64,000 bases of DNA, taken from the NCBI GenBank assembly GCA_963785235.1, contig CAWAUM010000005.1, positions 512,001 to 576,000 of the forward strand, in the 5' to 3' direction. The stretch is from an uncultured delta proteobacterium. Lineage in GTDB: Bacteria; Desulfobacterota; Desulfomonilia; UBA1062. The notes beneath the pieces were generated by a model, which made no database searches, was not told where the DNA came from, and was given only the letters and a program-made list of their open reading frames with translations. The position numbers and the translations under genes are program-made. Positions 11,885 through 24,857 of this stretch are shown here, in pieces (position 1 is the first letter of the stretch; the number at the start of each line of letters is the position of its first letter).

Positions 11885-12875
11885 TTATGCCCTGGTCATT
11901 ACCGGACAGGCAACCTTGTGGTCATTGCCGACATCCACAAGATAAGGCCCTTCAATACCACAGGATGCCTCGGCATAAGTGCACCTGGGGTGAAAACTGC
12001 ATCCGGCAGGCGGATTGATGGGGCTCGGGATCTCGCCTTTGGGCATGGCATGGGTCCTGCGGAATCTGGGGTCGGGTACCGGGACTGCATCCAACAGCGT
12101 TGCCGTATAGGGGTGAACCGGATTTGCAAAAACCTCCTGAAGGGGTCCTATCTCCACGATCTTGCCCAGGTACATGATGGCGATATGATCGCAGATGTAC
12201 TTGCAGGTCGCAAGATCATGGGTGATAAAGAGGTAGGTAAGGTCGAACATCTCCTTGCATCTGACCATGAGCTCCAGGATCATGGCGCGGACCGATACAT
12301 CTGCCATGGCAATGGGCTCGTCCGCCACGACAAAGTCCGGGTTTGTAACAAGGGCCCTGGCTATCACCACCCTCTGGCGCTGCCCGCCCGAAGCTGGTGA
12401 GGGTATTTCCGGTAAAGGAATGACGCAGGGGAGAGCCCCACCTTCTCCATCATGTCCAGGGTTATTTCCCGGGCTTCGGAACCGTTCGCTATCCATGAAT
12501 GTGCAATGGATGTGAAATGGCCTTGCCCACGGACATCCGCGGGCTCAGCGACGCGTACGGGTCCTGAAAGATCACCTGCATCTTTTCCCTTAAGCACTCC
12601 ATCTCTTCTTTGAGTAGCCGGTGATGGCTTCGCCTTTGTAGAAAACCTTGCCGGAGGTCGCATCCAGGAGCTGCAGGATCATCCTGCCGGTGGTGGTCTT
12701 GCCCGAGCCGCTCTCGCCCACGAGCCCCAGGACCTCGCCCTTTTTGATTATGAACGAGACGCCGTCCACGGCCCTTACAAACCGTTTTTCCTTTGCAAAG
12801 AGATTTACCAAGCAATCCCTTCTGGAGAGGAAAGTGCATGATGAGGTTTTCAACCTTGATAAGTTCTTCAGCCAT
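11885..12875 (-). pseudogene. Dipeptide/oligopeptide ABC ATPase (DppF/OppF-like), frameshifted in this assembly
   Basis: Fragments in different frames: [49 protein letters not shown]. Confidence 0.85.
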
Positions 12876-12880
12876 ATCTT

Positions 12881-13849
12881 TTACCTGTAGAGCCAGCAGC
12901 TCACCTGATGACCGTCCCGGGCAAAGATTGCGCGGTCTGTTTTTGCGTGCAGATATCCATGACATGGGGGCACCGCGGATGAAATACACATCCTGAAGGC
13001 GGATCCACAAGGTCGGGTGGGCTGCCGGGCATGGTTACAAGCTTGGGTTGATCGAGCTTGATGTTGGGAATTGAAGCCAGCAGGCCCTGGGTATACGGAT
13101 GCATGGGTTCATCGAAGAGGGCCTGGGCAGGTGCCGACCTCTGCGATGGTACCGCCATACATCACCGTGATGCGGTCTGCCAGCTGGGCGACATTACCCA
13201 GGTTATGGGTGATGAGGATGATGGTGAGGTTGAACTGGTTTTTCAAATCATTCAGCAGATCCAGGAACTGGGCCTCCACGATCACATCCAGGGCGGTTGT
13301 GGGTTCGTCGGCAATGAGAAGATCAGGGTTCATGATAAGGGCAAGTCCGATCATGATGCGCTGACGCATGCCGCCCGACATCTGGTGCGGGTACTCATGC
13401 AGCCGTTCCCTGGCGATACCAAGGCTTTCAAGCATGGACTCCGCCTTGTGCAGGGCATCTTTTCTGTTTATGCCTTTTTCATGTGTCTTGAGTGTTTCAA
13501 TAAAATGCTCACCGATAGAAAACAGTGGGTTGAGCGAGGTGAGCGGGTCCTGGAAGATCATGGCGATCTTGGAGCCTCGCAGAGAAAGAAGTTCGTGCTT
13601 TTCCATGCATACGATGTCCCTGTCCACGGTAGATGATCTTGCCGGCTGCAATCCGTCCCGGCGGCCTGAGGAGCCGCAGGATGGAAAAACCCAGCGTGGA
13701 CTTGCCGCACCCGGACTCGCCCACCAGGCCCATGACCTCGCCATGCTTCAATTCCAGGCTCACCCCATTTACCGCCCGGACCGTGCCGATGTTGATGGGG
13801 AATTCCACCTTGAGGTCTTGGATATCAAGCAAGGTTCACCGATGTTCAT
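12881..13849 (-). pseudogene. Dipeptide/oligopeptide ABC ATPase (DppD/OppD-like), frameshifted in this assembly
   Basis: [43 protein letters not shown] and HPYTQGLL split over several frames. Confidence 0.85.
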
Positions 13850-13854
13850 CAGGC

Positions 13855-14738
13855 TTATCGCTCCAGCAGCCGTGGGTTCAGGATCTCGGCAAGGCCTTCA
13901 CCCAGCATGGTAAAGCCGAGGGCCAGCACGGAGATCATCATACCGGGAAAGGTGATGAGCCACCAATGCCCGAAGGCAGGTACTTCTTACCCATGGCCAG
14001 GTCCATGCCCCAGTCCACAATGGAAGGCGGTAAAGCCCAGGCCGAGGTAGGTGAGCGCTGCCTCGATCATGATGGCGTCCGCAACATTCAGGGTGAACAC
14101 CACCACGGTGGTGGCGATCACATTGGGAAAGATATATTTCATCAGGATGGTGATACCGGAGGCGCCGATGGCACGGGCAGCCTCGACATAGAGCTCCTGT
14201 TTGATGGCAAGGGTCTGCCCCCGAACCAGGCGGAAATAAGTGGGTATATAAATGACGGCAACGGCAAAGGTGATGTTGATCACCCCGGGGCCGAACATGG
14301 CTGCCAGGGCAATGGCGAGAATGAGGCCGGGAAATACATAAACCGCATCCATGACCAGCGACAGGGCCCTGTCGATGGTCCCGCCTGCATAACCCGAGAG
14401 CAGGCCGAAAAAGATGCCCATAAAGGAAGAGATGATTGCTGCCAGCACCGAGACCATGAGGATGGTCTGGGACCCATACACAATGCGGGACCACACATCC
14501 CTCTGCAGGTTGTCCGTGCCCATGAGATGCTCGCCGCCCGGGGTGGCGAGCTGCGGGCCGGTATTCTGGTCGTATGGATTGAATGGGTAAAGGTCTGCGG
14601 GAACATCGCCATGTAGATGATGGCCAGGATGATAACGGCCCCTGCCACGAGGATCCACCACTCCAACCCATATTTTTTACCCATCCTGGCAAAGGCATTG
14701 AATGGCCTTCCCAGCCCTTGTGCCATTGAATATTTCAT
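13855..14738 (-). pseudogene. ABC permease (DppC-like), frameshifted in this assembly
   Basis: HLMGTDNLQRDVWSRIVYG and EAA motif YVEAARAIGAS; N- and C-termini lie in other frames. Confidence 0.85.
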
Positions 14739-14772
14739 GATGCTCTATTCCTGACCATGCCCTTTTGGCACA

Positions 14773-14835
14773 ATCGCGGCTAAAGCCGCTCCTACAATTG
14801 CCTCTTATCGGGCAGGCACAAGGCCTGCCGTCCAC
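14773..14835 (-). repeat. Two tandem GTAG/GTGG-family REP-like palindromes
   Basis: Minus strand: GTAGGAGCGGCTTTAGCCGCGAT (14773-95) and GTGGACGGCAGGCCTTGTGCCTGCCC (14810-35). Confidence 0.7.
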
Positions 14836-14836
14836 G

Positions 14837-15853
14837 TTAATACCTTATTCTCGGGTCCACGATTGCATAGATGATGTCCACCAGCAGCGAGATAAATGCC
14901 ACCATGAGGGCGAACACGATGATGACCCCTGGATCATCGGATAGTCCCGCAAGTAGATCCGCTCAAGAAGGAGCCTGCCCATGCCGGGCCACGAAAATGT
15001 TGTTTCCGTAAGGATAGCGCCTGCCATGAGCAGGGCCACCTGAAGACCCATCATGGTAAGGATGGGTATGAATGCATTTTTCAGTGCATGCCTGTACACG
15101 ACCTTGCTGTGTTTTATACCGCGGGATTCTGCTGCAAGGATGTAGTCAGCCTTGAGAACGTCGAGCATATTGGCCCTTGTAAGCCGTACGAAGATGCCGG
15201 AAAGGGTGAGCCCGAGCGTTAAGGAAGGCAAAACAAGGTGGATGGAGACGTCGCCTGAAGGCCTCCCAATCCATTGTGAGCAGGGTGTCAAGAATATAGA
15301 AACCTGAATATTCAAAGTCGGATGAAAAAATACGCGCCCCTGTCCTTCCCGCGATGGGTAGCCAGTCAAGCCAGATGCCGAAGATGAGCTGGAGCATAAG
15401 CCCGAGCCAGTAGACCGGTATGCAGTAGACCACGATGCCGTAGAGACGAATGGCTGAGTCACGCATGGTCCGCCTTTTATCTGCAGCATAGGCTCCAAGG
15501 AAGATCCCAAGGATGAGCGTGATGAGCATGCCGAAGAAGGTGAGCTCGATGGTTGCGGGCAGCTTCTCTGCAATAGCAGTCGTAACCTTCTGTTGCAGGA
15601 CCATGGAGTCGCCCAGATCGAGGTGGCAGATCTTCCAGAGATAGTCTGCATATTGGGCTGTCATAGGCTTGTTCAGCCCGAGTTCTTCGCGTTTCTGTTC
15701 AATCACCTTTTCCGGGGCATGGCCGCCGAGCATGGCTGATACGGGATCCCCCGGCATGAGTCTGAGCACGACGAAGATAATAGTAAGAAGGATGAAGACC
15801 ATGGGGATGGTCATGAGAGTACGGGTAATGATGTAACGCAATAGGTTTCTCAT
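14837..15853 (-). pseudogene. ABC permease (DppB-like), frameshifted in this assembly
   Basis: RLMPGDPV, LGLNKP, PATIEL, HLVLPSLTL, RHALKNAFIP, ETTFSWPGMG, RDYP split over frames. Confidence 0.85.
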
Positions 15854-15893
15854 GCCGCTGTTCTCTTCTAAGGTTTTGTCCTAGAGCATATAT

Positions 15894-15928
15894 AAAAAGA
15901 GCCGGGCTTGATGGCCCGGCTCTTTTTT
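15894..15928. terminator. Bidirectional terminator / mRNA-stabilising hairpin after the binding-protein gene
   Basis: AAAAAGAGCCGGGC-ttgatg-GCCCGGCTCTTTTT. Confidence 0.8.
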
Positions 15929-15941
15929 AGCATAGTCTCAG

Positions 15942-17498
15942 TTATTTTGCACGATAGATGGGGCCATAGTTGAACTGGAGCGTCGGGGAAAGAACAATGC
16001 CCTTGATACCTTTTTGTGCAATGACATAGAGGTTACCCTGGAAGATCGGCGCAGTGGGTACTTCATCAGTCCACATCTTCTGGACCTTTTTGTACAGGGC
16101 AACCCTCTTGCTTCATTTGTCTCCATCTGGCCCTGTTTGAACAATTCGTCCCATTTGGGATCGGAGAAGAAAATACCATTTCCCTTGGAGCCTTCCGTGC
16201 CCGCAAATGCCGCGGTATAGTTATCCGGGTCGAGGTAATCGGGATACCAGCCGAGCAGGTATGCAGTCATAACCTTGTTGGCATAGTTATCCCGGTAGGT
16301 GGCCCATTCCGCCGACTTGACATCCACCTTCATCATGCCGGTAGCTTCCAGCTGCTGTTTCATGACAGCCGCAAGGTCAACCTCAGAGTCGCCGTAGTGG
16401 GAAGGTGTGTACCATAGCTCGAAGGAAAGCTTGTTTGTCTCGCTGTATCCTTTTGATTTCAGCAGCTTCTTGGCCAGGGCAATATTGCCGTCCAAGGCCT
16501 TGAAATCATCCGTATGAGACATCATGCCCATAGGCACCATGGAGTACAGGGGTGAATTCTGGCCCAGATATACCTTGTCAATGATGGGTTTGCGGCTGAT
16601 GGCCGCGGACACTGCCTTCCTCAACACCTTATCATCAAAGGGCTTGCCCTGGCAGCGGAAGCAGAGATAACGGATGAAGGGACCCTGTCCTGTGACTACT
16701 TCGTACTTATTTGATTTCTGCAGGTCCTTGATGTCGGATGGGTTGAGTGTCTTGAAGGCGAAGTCGATCTCGCCCTTTTCGAGTGCCAGTCTCATTGTCG
16801 TGGCATCGGCAAAGTAGCGGATCACAACCCTGCTGTTCTTTGCCTTTGGCCCGTAGAACATCTTGTTGGCTTCCAGCACCACTTCCTGGTCACGCTTGAA
16901 TGATACTACTTTGTACGGTCCGATACCCACAAGATTGCCGCCCTTGAGCTCGGAAGGATCGCGAACAAGCTTGTCCTTGGGATAGACATTCGGATTCAGC
17001 GGGTAATAAGGCGGCGAGGCTACCAGTGATGGGAAGTAGGATACCGGGTTCTTGAGAACGAACTTCACATGTAAGGGATCCACCACATCTACGCGCTCTA
17101 CGAAATCGGTCACCAGCCATGAAGGGTCACTCTTCAGCGCCATGACACGGTCTATTGACCATTTCACCACGCCTGCATCAAAGGCGGTGCCATCGGTAAA
17201 TTTTAGGCCTTTTTTAAGTTTAAAGGTGTATTCTTTTCCATCTTTGCTGACAGTAGAACGATTCAGCTAGGCCAGGGACAATATTTGTTTTACCGGCCGG
17301 ATAGCTGAGAAGTCCCTGGTAGACGTTGTAGAAGATCTCCCAGGTGTGGAAGTCATAGGCCTTGGCCGTATCCATGTCGCTGACCTTCTCGGTCGTGCCG
17401 TAGACAATGGTGTCCTTGCTTGCTGCTGAGCCGGCAGTAGGAATGAATGCCAGACAAAATACCACCATGCTGAGTACGATCAATTTCCAAACCCTCAT
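15942..17498 (-). pseudogene. Family 5 ABC solute-binding protein (DppA/OppA-like), two frameshifts (~17257, ~16105)
   Basis: Signal peptide, PGLAES..SKDGKEYTFKLKKGLKFTDGTAFDA, GIGPYK, GWYPDYLDPDNY. Confidence 0.85.
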
Positions 17499-17765
17499 AG
17501 TATTCTCCTCCCTCTTTTTATTGATACTGACATCCTGCCCCTTCCCTTTCGTTCTGATAGCCTGACTTAGATGGAATAGCCGGTGCTGAAAAAATGTTCT
17601 TCTCTCGTGATGGAATGCAGGTCTTCAGGAACAAAGATGTCATACCCATGGCATTGATCATATTCTGCGGTATTAATCTCCCCATACTGATCAGGCGCAT
17701 CTCGTCTTTCAGCACCTCAGTGAAACCATGGAACGGTGGAGTTAATGGTAAGTGCAGCCCGGCTG

Positions 17766-20700
17766 TCAGTCAAGCTTTATCTTTAACTTATCCATTCTCA
17801 CCACAATTGTCCTCATGTCAGGGTTCGCTACTGTGTGATTAACATCAAGGAGGTCAGCATACTTATCAGGCATTACAAGCCCGGGCTTGATGTCGCTCAG
17901 CTGCTCTACCAAAAGACTGATCCGGTCCTTAGGGTTGGACTTTTGATCGGGTAGAATTATTTTCGTTGATAGTGTCACTATGCTGGAACCCGGTAATTGA
18001 AACTCTTTCGTCTCGGGGGGACTCAGTTCGATAGCCTTTGCACCTTCGGGCAAAAGGACCTCGATCTTTGTATACTGTTTTAAGAAGGAGTCCCGGTACA
18101 AAGGATTTGACCTCTCGTCACTGGTAACACCCGCTATGGCCCTGAGTGAGGCCGGGAATCTCAAGGAAAAGGAGTTCACCCTGGCGGACTGCATAACCGG
18201 GCACGGATACGATGAATTCTTCTGTGGCAGGGTACGTTGTGTAGGATACATTATAGGGGCTCATGGCTATGGCTGACCTGCTCACTGAAGACATGATATC
18301 CTGGAATCGCCGCCTGCGTTCCTCAGGTGACATCTCAAGGTAATCCCTGCAAAACATGGCATGAGCGGTTCCATAATAGTTTCTTTGATAGGTGATGATG
18401 GCGTCACCCGAAGGACTCAGGTCTAATTTGATGCCTGTCTCGGTCTTATCCTCAAAAATTTTACCTGATGCCCGGATTGTCTCGAACTCACCTGATGACA
18501 CATTCAGGGCATACTTGCCGAAAGAGGATACAGTGCCAAGTGTTGCATACTGGTCTGTATCGCCTAATGTGATCTGTCCTTGAGGTAACTCTACTTTGAC
18601 CAAGACTGAGGTGAACCATGCGGCTGCAATATGTTTTAAAAGAGGCCCCTGCAATGATTGAAGTGGTGATGCAGATGATGTCAGGATAAATTGGGGTTTG
18701 AAGCCGATAGCCTTGAGCATGGAAGCAATAAGCACTGCACGGTCACTGCTGTTGCCGTACCCTGCAGCCAGGGTAACATCTGCAGGGCTGATCCGGCTTA
18801 AGGGAAGTTGTGAGAATGGAATATCCACTACCTTGATATTTTTTGCAACGTAATCCCTTATTGCAGTGACCTTCCCTTCACTTGAAGAAATATCTTTTGT
18901 TAAGGCAAACGCCTTGTTCACTGTTTCCTTCTGAAGAGATGATGACTTTTCAAGTACATCAAGGACCTCCGTGGCATACTCTTTCACCTGTGCGGTTGAG
19001 GCAAAAACCGAGGGCACATAACTATATCCGGGTGGCAGGAAATCCTCATGTTTTATGGGTGGCACGTGATTTACGCTATATTCAAAAACAGTCTTGCCAC
19101 CTTGAAGTTTTTTTGTCTCTTTAATAAATTCCTTTGGAAAAGGTCTCCATCCTTCATCAGGATAGAATCCGTTGTCCGCCTTGGAAATGGTCAGCTCCAT
19201 GCCGGCTGGAGCACTTATGTGCAGCTGTTTATTCTCGATGGGGTACTCAGCCTGGAATTGACTTTGTATAAGGAATGGCCATGCATCTTTCTTGCTGTGG
19301 ACATACTCGTATTCGATAATGCTTCCTTCCTGCAGCCCGGGCAGACTCACAACCTTTACCTTTCCTGCCGGATACCGTGGTGCCTTGCCGACCCATTCCT
19401 GGTCCATCACATTGACTTCATTCGGGTTAATCTGTTTTGAACGGCCATCAGGCAGGGTCACAGTGGCCTTTTTTATCTGGATATCCTCCCACACAGGGTT
19501 GAAGGAAAAATACAGTTCGGAGTTATCCTTTTTGCCTGCATAGGTAAGGACCTTGATCTTTTTTCGTATTGTCTGAATAACGGTGGACTTATCAATGATA
19601 TCCATAGAAATATCTTCATCAAGCACCACGGCATCAGGATTATATACAGTGTACCAGGGCTTGCCTGATACAGTTGCCGAGAAATGGCCCGGTGCAAAAA
19701 CCGGCATAAAGCGATTTGCCTTTTCAACCTTCTTGAGAATATCCTGAAGACGTTTATATTGTTCAGGGGAATACTCGGTGAGCTTCATCATGAATAGGTT
19801 CCTTCCTTTCATGACCCCATCCCCTACTTCAAGGGATCTGTTCCATGTTGCCCCTTCATCAACGGCTGTTTCATTAACCGGATGGCTCAGTGGTTTGCCG
19901 AGTGAGTGATCGATGTCGATGTTTATGGTCTCATCAATACCGCAGGCAATATCGGTCATGAAGGTATACTTCCTTTCTTTAAGGCCCATTCCACCTATAA
20001 GGCGATTTACAACCCCTACGCTGTCACCAAACCTGAAAACCGGCAGCATGGTTACATCAGCGCCATGTACAGGATAATCTTTTGCAGAATAAGTTAAGCT
20101 CGCCTGCAAAGGTTGCGAGGTATCCATCATATTCTCAGGTCTTATTATGAGTTCATCAAGAATGGCAGCCGGTAACACCTTCATGAGCATCCTCTCGAAA
20201 TATTGCCTTCGCTCATCTTCTGCGATACTGGAAAAGTATCCACGATAGGAATTGTCATTGATGCCATCGAAGGTGAATGTAGTCTTACCACTTAATGTAC
20301 CGGCTGAATTGAGTTTACCTGATGTAACTATGTGAACCATATTCTTCGCTGCAGGTGTTATGGCGCTTGTCCTGAGCGAATCACCTTTTGGCGTGGCCAC
20401 AAGGTAGCTTTGATTGTTGAGGTATGCCGGGAAGAGCTCTTTGGTGTTCTCGTTAGTGGGGTCCATGAGCAGATAAGAACCATCCTTGTTCTTTACGCTT
20501 ACAATTGCATGGTTGAAGAATGGCTGAGGGACCTCGGGGTCCTTCTTGGGTCCGTTCATGATAAGCACCGGATAGGCCTTGAACCCTGCAATCCTCAACA
20601 TGGCAACAAGCAGCGCTGCCTTATCGCGACATACACCTGCCCTGCGTTCAAAGGTCATGGACACGGGATGAGGTTCATAGCCCGGCGCCTCTGTTTCAGC

Positions 20701-21690
20701 AGTAATGCCCAGATAGCGAACCTTTTGAGAGACCCAGAAGAAGATTGTCTCTATCTTCTGCTGCTGTCCTTTTTTTCCCTTGATCAGGCTTTTTACCATC
20801 TTACGCATCTCAGGGGTTGTATTGTCAATATGTGGTTTTGAGAGGTTCCAATACCACCTGGATATGGTATTCCAATCGGGGATTGTGCTTACCAGCAGCC
20901 GTTGGGCCTGGGTGTACAACGGTGGCATCTCCGGTTCCACAAAGGCCTTGGGTATGTCTTTGGCAACCCACTGGTAAATGATATCACTTCCTTCGGATGT
21001 CTTCAGGAATGTCACCCTACCGGGGATCTCATTCTTGAGCGCCATGCTTTTCAAAGGCTTGGTTTGAGGGGCAATAATCGTAAGCCGGGCACATATGATG
21101 GGGTCGGTTTCTTCAAAGGTAATAAAGTCGCTCCATTCATTAGCCATGCGTGTCTTGAAAAAATCATCAAAGGTAATAAAATGAACAGTGTCGCCGATGT
21201 TCAACTCCGGGATGCTCACCTGGAGCATCTTGTCATTTGGGTCATAGATATTCGAGGCCATCTGCGATGAATCAACCATGACCCGGCTGTTTTTCTCCAC
21301 ATCCACCTTCCGCGAAGTACCGTCAGGGGAAATGACCTCTACCAGGGTGAATTTCGTGTTATTGTAGGGTACGGAAAAGGATGAGGTGAGCGTACGATAG
21401 CGGCGTTTACCCTTTTCAGTGAGCACCTTTATATATTGTTCGAACCATTCAACATAGGTGCCATCAACGCGATATTTCACCCATGAATGCTGATCCACCA
21501 CCGCCACTTCGGCATCAGGATATTTATCAGTTTTTACCATGGAGGCTTGAGCAATGACCGAATCCTTGTCAAGGGTTGCCCACTCAAGGGCACAGAGGTT
21601 GTTGATTTGGGCAAAGATGAATATCAGTATCCACGCTGTCAGGATCTTGAAATATGATCGTATGAGCATCTTCGAGATGACCCCTTTCAT
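17766..21690 (-). CDS. Secreted DUF3857/transglutaminase-like protein with tandem duplicated modules; frameshift near 18140
   Basis: GVCRDKAALL..FNHAI..MDPT triad in module 1; module 2 has GNSSDRAVL; C-terminus continues in the 17766-18251 frame. Confidence 0.85.
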
Positions 21691-21874
21691 AAGGTATTCT
21701 TATGCTTTACTTTTTCAGTCATGGCAGTTTGATGGCTTTGAACAGCACAAGAGAAGATCATAAAATACCGTTCCTGTAAATACATAATAGACCCTTGATT
21801 GGTTTCATTAGGGAAAATCTAACATGAAAACAAGTGCCCTTGACTTAGCAAATACCAACGCTATTAATAACTTC

Positions 21875-22075
21875 ATGTCAATGGATAGAACATTATGTGC
21901 AATCTGTGCCTGGAGAGGCGACTGCAACAAGAAGTTCATGCAGGGCAACGGAGTCCACTGTCCTGACTACACGAAAGACCTTACCATCCGGGCCGTGACA
22001 GATGAGGTAAACGAGAATAAGCAGCTTACAGACAAAAAGGGTAAGAAAAAAACAAGAGAGATACGCTTTCTGTAA
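21875..22075 (+). CDS. Small Cys-rich (putative metal-binding) protein
   Basis: CAICAWRGDCNKKF...HCPDYTKD; start codon uncertain (ORF open from 21824). Confidence 0.6.
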   Translation: MSMDRTLCAICAWRGDCNKKFMQGNGVHCPDYTKDLTIRAVTDEVNENKQLTDKKGKKKTREIRFL

Positions 22076-22325
22076 AACTCAAATCTGCGTTCTCTTGTCC
22101 TTTTAGGTCTATGCTTATTCCTTTTGATCTCACATCAGGAGAGTAATCTCTTTATAATCGTCTGTTTTCAATTCCAAGAATAGCCAAGGTCTTCTTTTTG
22201 TTAAATATAAATATGATCACATGAACCGTGTAAACTATTCGTTTGCAGGGATCGTCTATAGCAGAAAATAGATGAATACATGTGAAAGACAGAAACAATC
22301 GCGCGTTCAAAAAGGAGAAAGAGTA

Positions 22326-23040
22326 ATGAGAGCGAAAAATATTGGATTCTTGTTGAAGGGCATTCTCTCCATAATGTCCGGTTTCTTTGTGTTCTTGATA
22401 GCCGCTTCTACACCGTCCTTTGCAGCTACCCAGTGGAACGTGGGGGTTTCCGGAGGAGATGAAGGCATTCGTTCCTTCCGACTTTCCATTGGTGAATATT
22501 ATCATGTCCCGGAAAGAGAGGTTGTTGTTGTTCATAAACGGGGAATTCATGAAGAAGAGCTGCCGGTGATTTTCTTTATTGCAAAAAGGGCCCATGTATC
22601 GCCCGAGGCCGTTGTCAGGCTCCGCCTGAGAGGCATGAACTGGATGGACATAACCTTTCACTACGGCTTGAGCCCTGAAATATACTATGTCCCTCTCAGG
22701 CAGGGTCATCCCTATGGGAATGCCTATGGTCATTACAAAAGACATCCGAGGGGTGGATGGCACAGAGGCGACCTCAGGGATGCGGATATCGTGAATCAGG
22801 TAAACCTTAAGTTCATATCAGAGCATCACAGATATGCCCCTGAACAGGTCATGAAATACCGGTCTGAGGGAAAAAGCTTTATCGACTATTGACCGTGATG
22901 TTAGACAAGGAAAACAGGGAAAGACCCGTGGCCAGGGCCGGCAAGCGGACAAGCCCGGTGATTACTGGCAAAATGATAACAACCAAAACGACAACAAGAA
23001 TCAAGGGAAAGGCCATGGCAAGGGTAATGGGAATACGTGA
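22326..23040 (+). CDS. Secreted hypothetical protein with Gly/Lys/His-rich tail; frameshift near 22885
   Basis: Signal peptide (PSFA), GHPYGNAYGHYK motif; shifted frame continues IDRDVRQGKQGK...KGHGKGNGNT to TGA at 23040. Confidence 0.7.
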
Positions 23041-23146
23041 GATAATAACTGATTATACCTGTGGTTCCCTGTATCAATAGGTACAGATTTAATTTTGTTT
23101 GCTTCTCCTCTCCTGATACCTTAGGGTTAACCTCAGGAGGAAGAAC

Positions 23147-23428
23147 ATGGTTACAGCTATCATCATTTTGAAGGTTGCCCGAGAACGCATCAATGGTACG
23201 GCACAGGAACTCTCAGACATTGAGGGCATTTCGGAGGTATTTTCCGTGAGCGGCCGTTATGATCTGATAGCCATTGCCAGGGTAAAGGACAATGATGAGC
23301 TCTCAGAACTCGTAACAGTAAAGATGCGCAAGGTTGAGGGGATAACCGAGTCCGAAACCATGCTTGCCTTCCGGGCATATTCAAGGCATGACCTCGAAGG
23401 CATGTTTTCTGTGGGTTTCGAGGAGTAA
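23147..23428 (+). CDS. Stand-alone Lrp/AsnC ligand-binding (RAM) domain protein
   Basis: VFSVSGRYDLIA, GITESET; AGGAGG RBS. Confidence 0.9.
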   Translation: MVTAIIILKVARERINGTAQELSDIEGISEVFSVSGRYDLIAIARVKDNDELSELVTVKMRKVEGITESETMLAFRAYSRHDLEGMFSVGFEE

Positions 23429-23615
23429 CAAAACCCTATCGATAATCAAGGGTATCACTCTGATACCCTGACGCTATTCTTTCGCTGCATATTAAGGCCG
23501 CTGTGTGTTCTCTCCGGATAGGTCCATGGCAAACCATCATCTGTCAATCTATCCTCTTCTGATCATTCCTGTCAGGACGACCTGTTAAGCTTTTTGCATA
23601 TCACCCGAAAAATAT

Positions 23616-24557
23616 ATGAATAGTATGGATAACAAATCAGACATAACCTATCCATCCAGGGTGATCTTCCGGGCCTTCCTGATCCTTCTCACATGCATAT
23701 TTATTGAGTGCGTCAGCTCAGGCCAGTCACTTGCGGGGGATAAGATATTGAGATACCGCATCGACTCTGTTGACACACGTTTCACTCTAAGCCGTAAGGA
23801 AATCTCGGACGCAGTTCATCAGGCGGTTTTCTTATGGGAAAAGGCTGTCGGTCATACTATCTTCAAGGAAGACCCCCAGGGCGATATCAGAATAGACTTT
23901 GTATATGATAAGCGGCAGGCAGTCACGGATAGTTTAAAAATAATAAGCGAGGACATTGATGATGCAAAGTCGTCATATAATAAACTCATGTCCCGGTATG
24001 ATGATATATTAGTTGTGGTTGAGAAAAAAAAAGGTGCCTATATATCAGACAATAATTCATACCTGACAGCTCTCAATGATTACCAGACCGAGATTGATGC
24101 TGCCAATAATAAGGCCTTTGTTTCCAGGGATGAATTCCAGCGGTTTCAGAAGAAAAAACATTGCCTCGACGTTCAGCTTGTTGCGCTCCAGGTGAAGCGC
24201 TCCGACCTGCAGAGAACAGTGGATGAACTCAACGATATGGTGGCTGTTATCGGCAAAATAGCCTCCAATCACAATTCACAGGTAATAAACTATAAAAATA
24301 CGCGCAAGGACCTCAGTGGTGAATTCGATGCGGGTCGATATGAAATGAATATCTACGGTGAAAAAAGCATCACGATATTCCATGTCAAGGACCGTGAAAA
24401 GCTGGTGAGGGCTTTGGCACATGAACTCGGACATGCCCAGGGGCTTAAGCACAGTAAAAACCCTGACTCTATCATGTACTATCTGAATCGTTCCGATTCC
24501 ATAAGACTGTTGCCCGAAGATATCCTTGCCATGCAGGCGCGGTGCAGCAGCAACTGA
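23616..24557 (+). CDS. Matrixin (M10)-family zinc metalloprotease with coiled-coil insert
   Basis: HELGHAQGLKH zinc motif and Met-turn SIMY. Confidence 0.88.
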   Translation: MNSMDNKSDITYPSRVIFRAFLILLTCIFIECVSSGQSLAGDKILRYRIDSVDTRFTLSRKEISDAVHQAVFLWEKAVGHTIFKEDPQGDIRIDFVYDKRQAVTDSLKIISEDIDDAKSSYNKLMSRYDDILVVVEKKKGAYISDNNSYLTALNDYQTEIDAANNKAFVSRDEFQRFQKKKHCLDVQLVALQVKRSDLQRTVDELNDMVAVIGKIASNHNSQVINYKNTRKDLSGEFDAGRYEMNIYGEKSITIFHVKDREKLVRALAHELGHAQGLKHSKNPDSIMYYLNRSDSIRLLPEDILAMQARCSSN

Positions 24558-24799
24558 GACAGGTACCTATTCTTTGGTATAATCCATCAGGAAGTATCTA
24601 TACATTTTCATGTTAAGGGTTGTGCATAAGCCTAAATAATAATACCTCCATTCAAACGTTTCATTCAACACCTTAAACATTCCATCGAATGAATCATGGT
24701 TTTTCTCTGTTCCTATCGGGTCCACAGGTGAACTGCAATTCAGTTAATAGTCTATATTAACAATATGATGAAGGTTAATATGTGCTCGTGCTGCAGAAT

Positions 24800-24814
24800 T
24801 GGCACGATGGTTGC
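24800..24814 (+). promoter_or_regulatory. Sigma-54 -24/-12 promoter
   Basis: TGGCAC-GATGG-TTGC, consensus match, 43 bp before the ATG at 24858. Confidence 0.85.
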
Positions 24815-24857
24815 GTTATAGATAAGCATACAGAAAATCAAAGAGGAGGTCAGACAA

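Noticed and set aside
11885-17498. Programmed frameshifting or phase variation in the dpp operon
   Set aside because: Too many shifts and no consistent slippery or repeat sites
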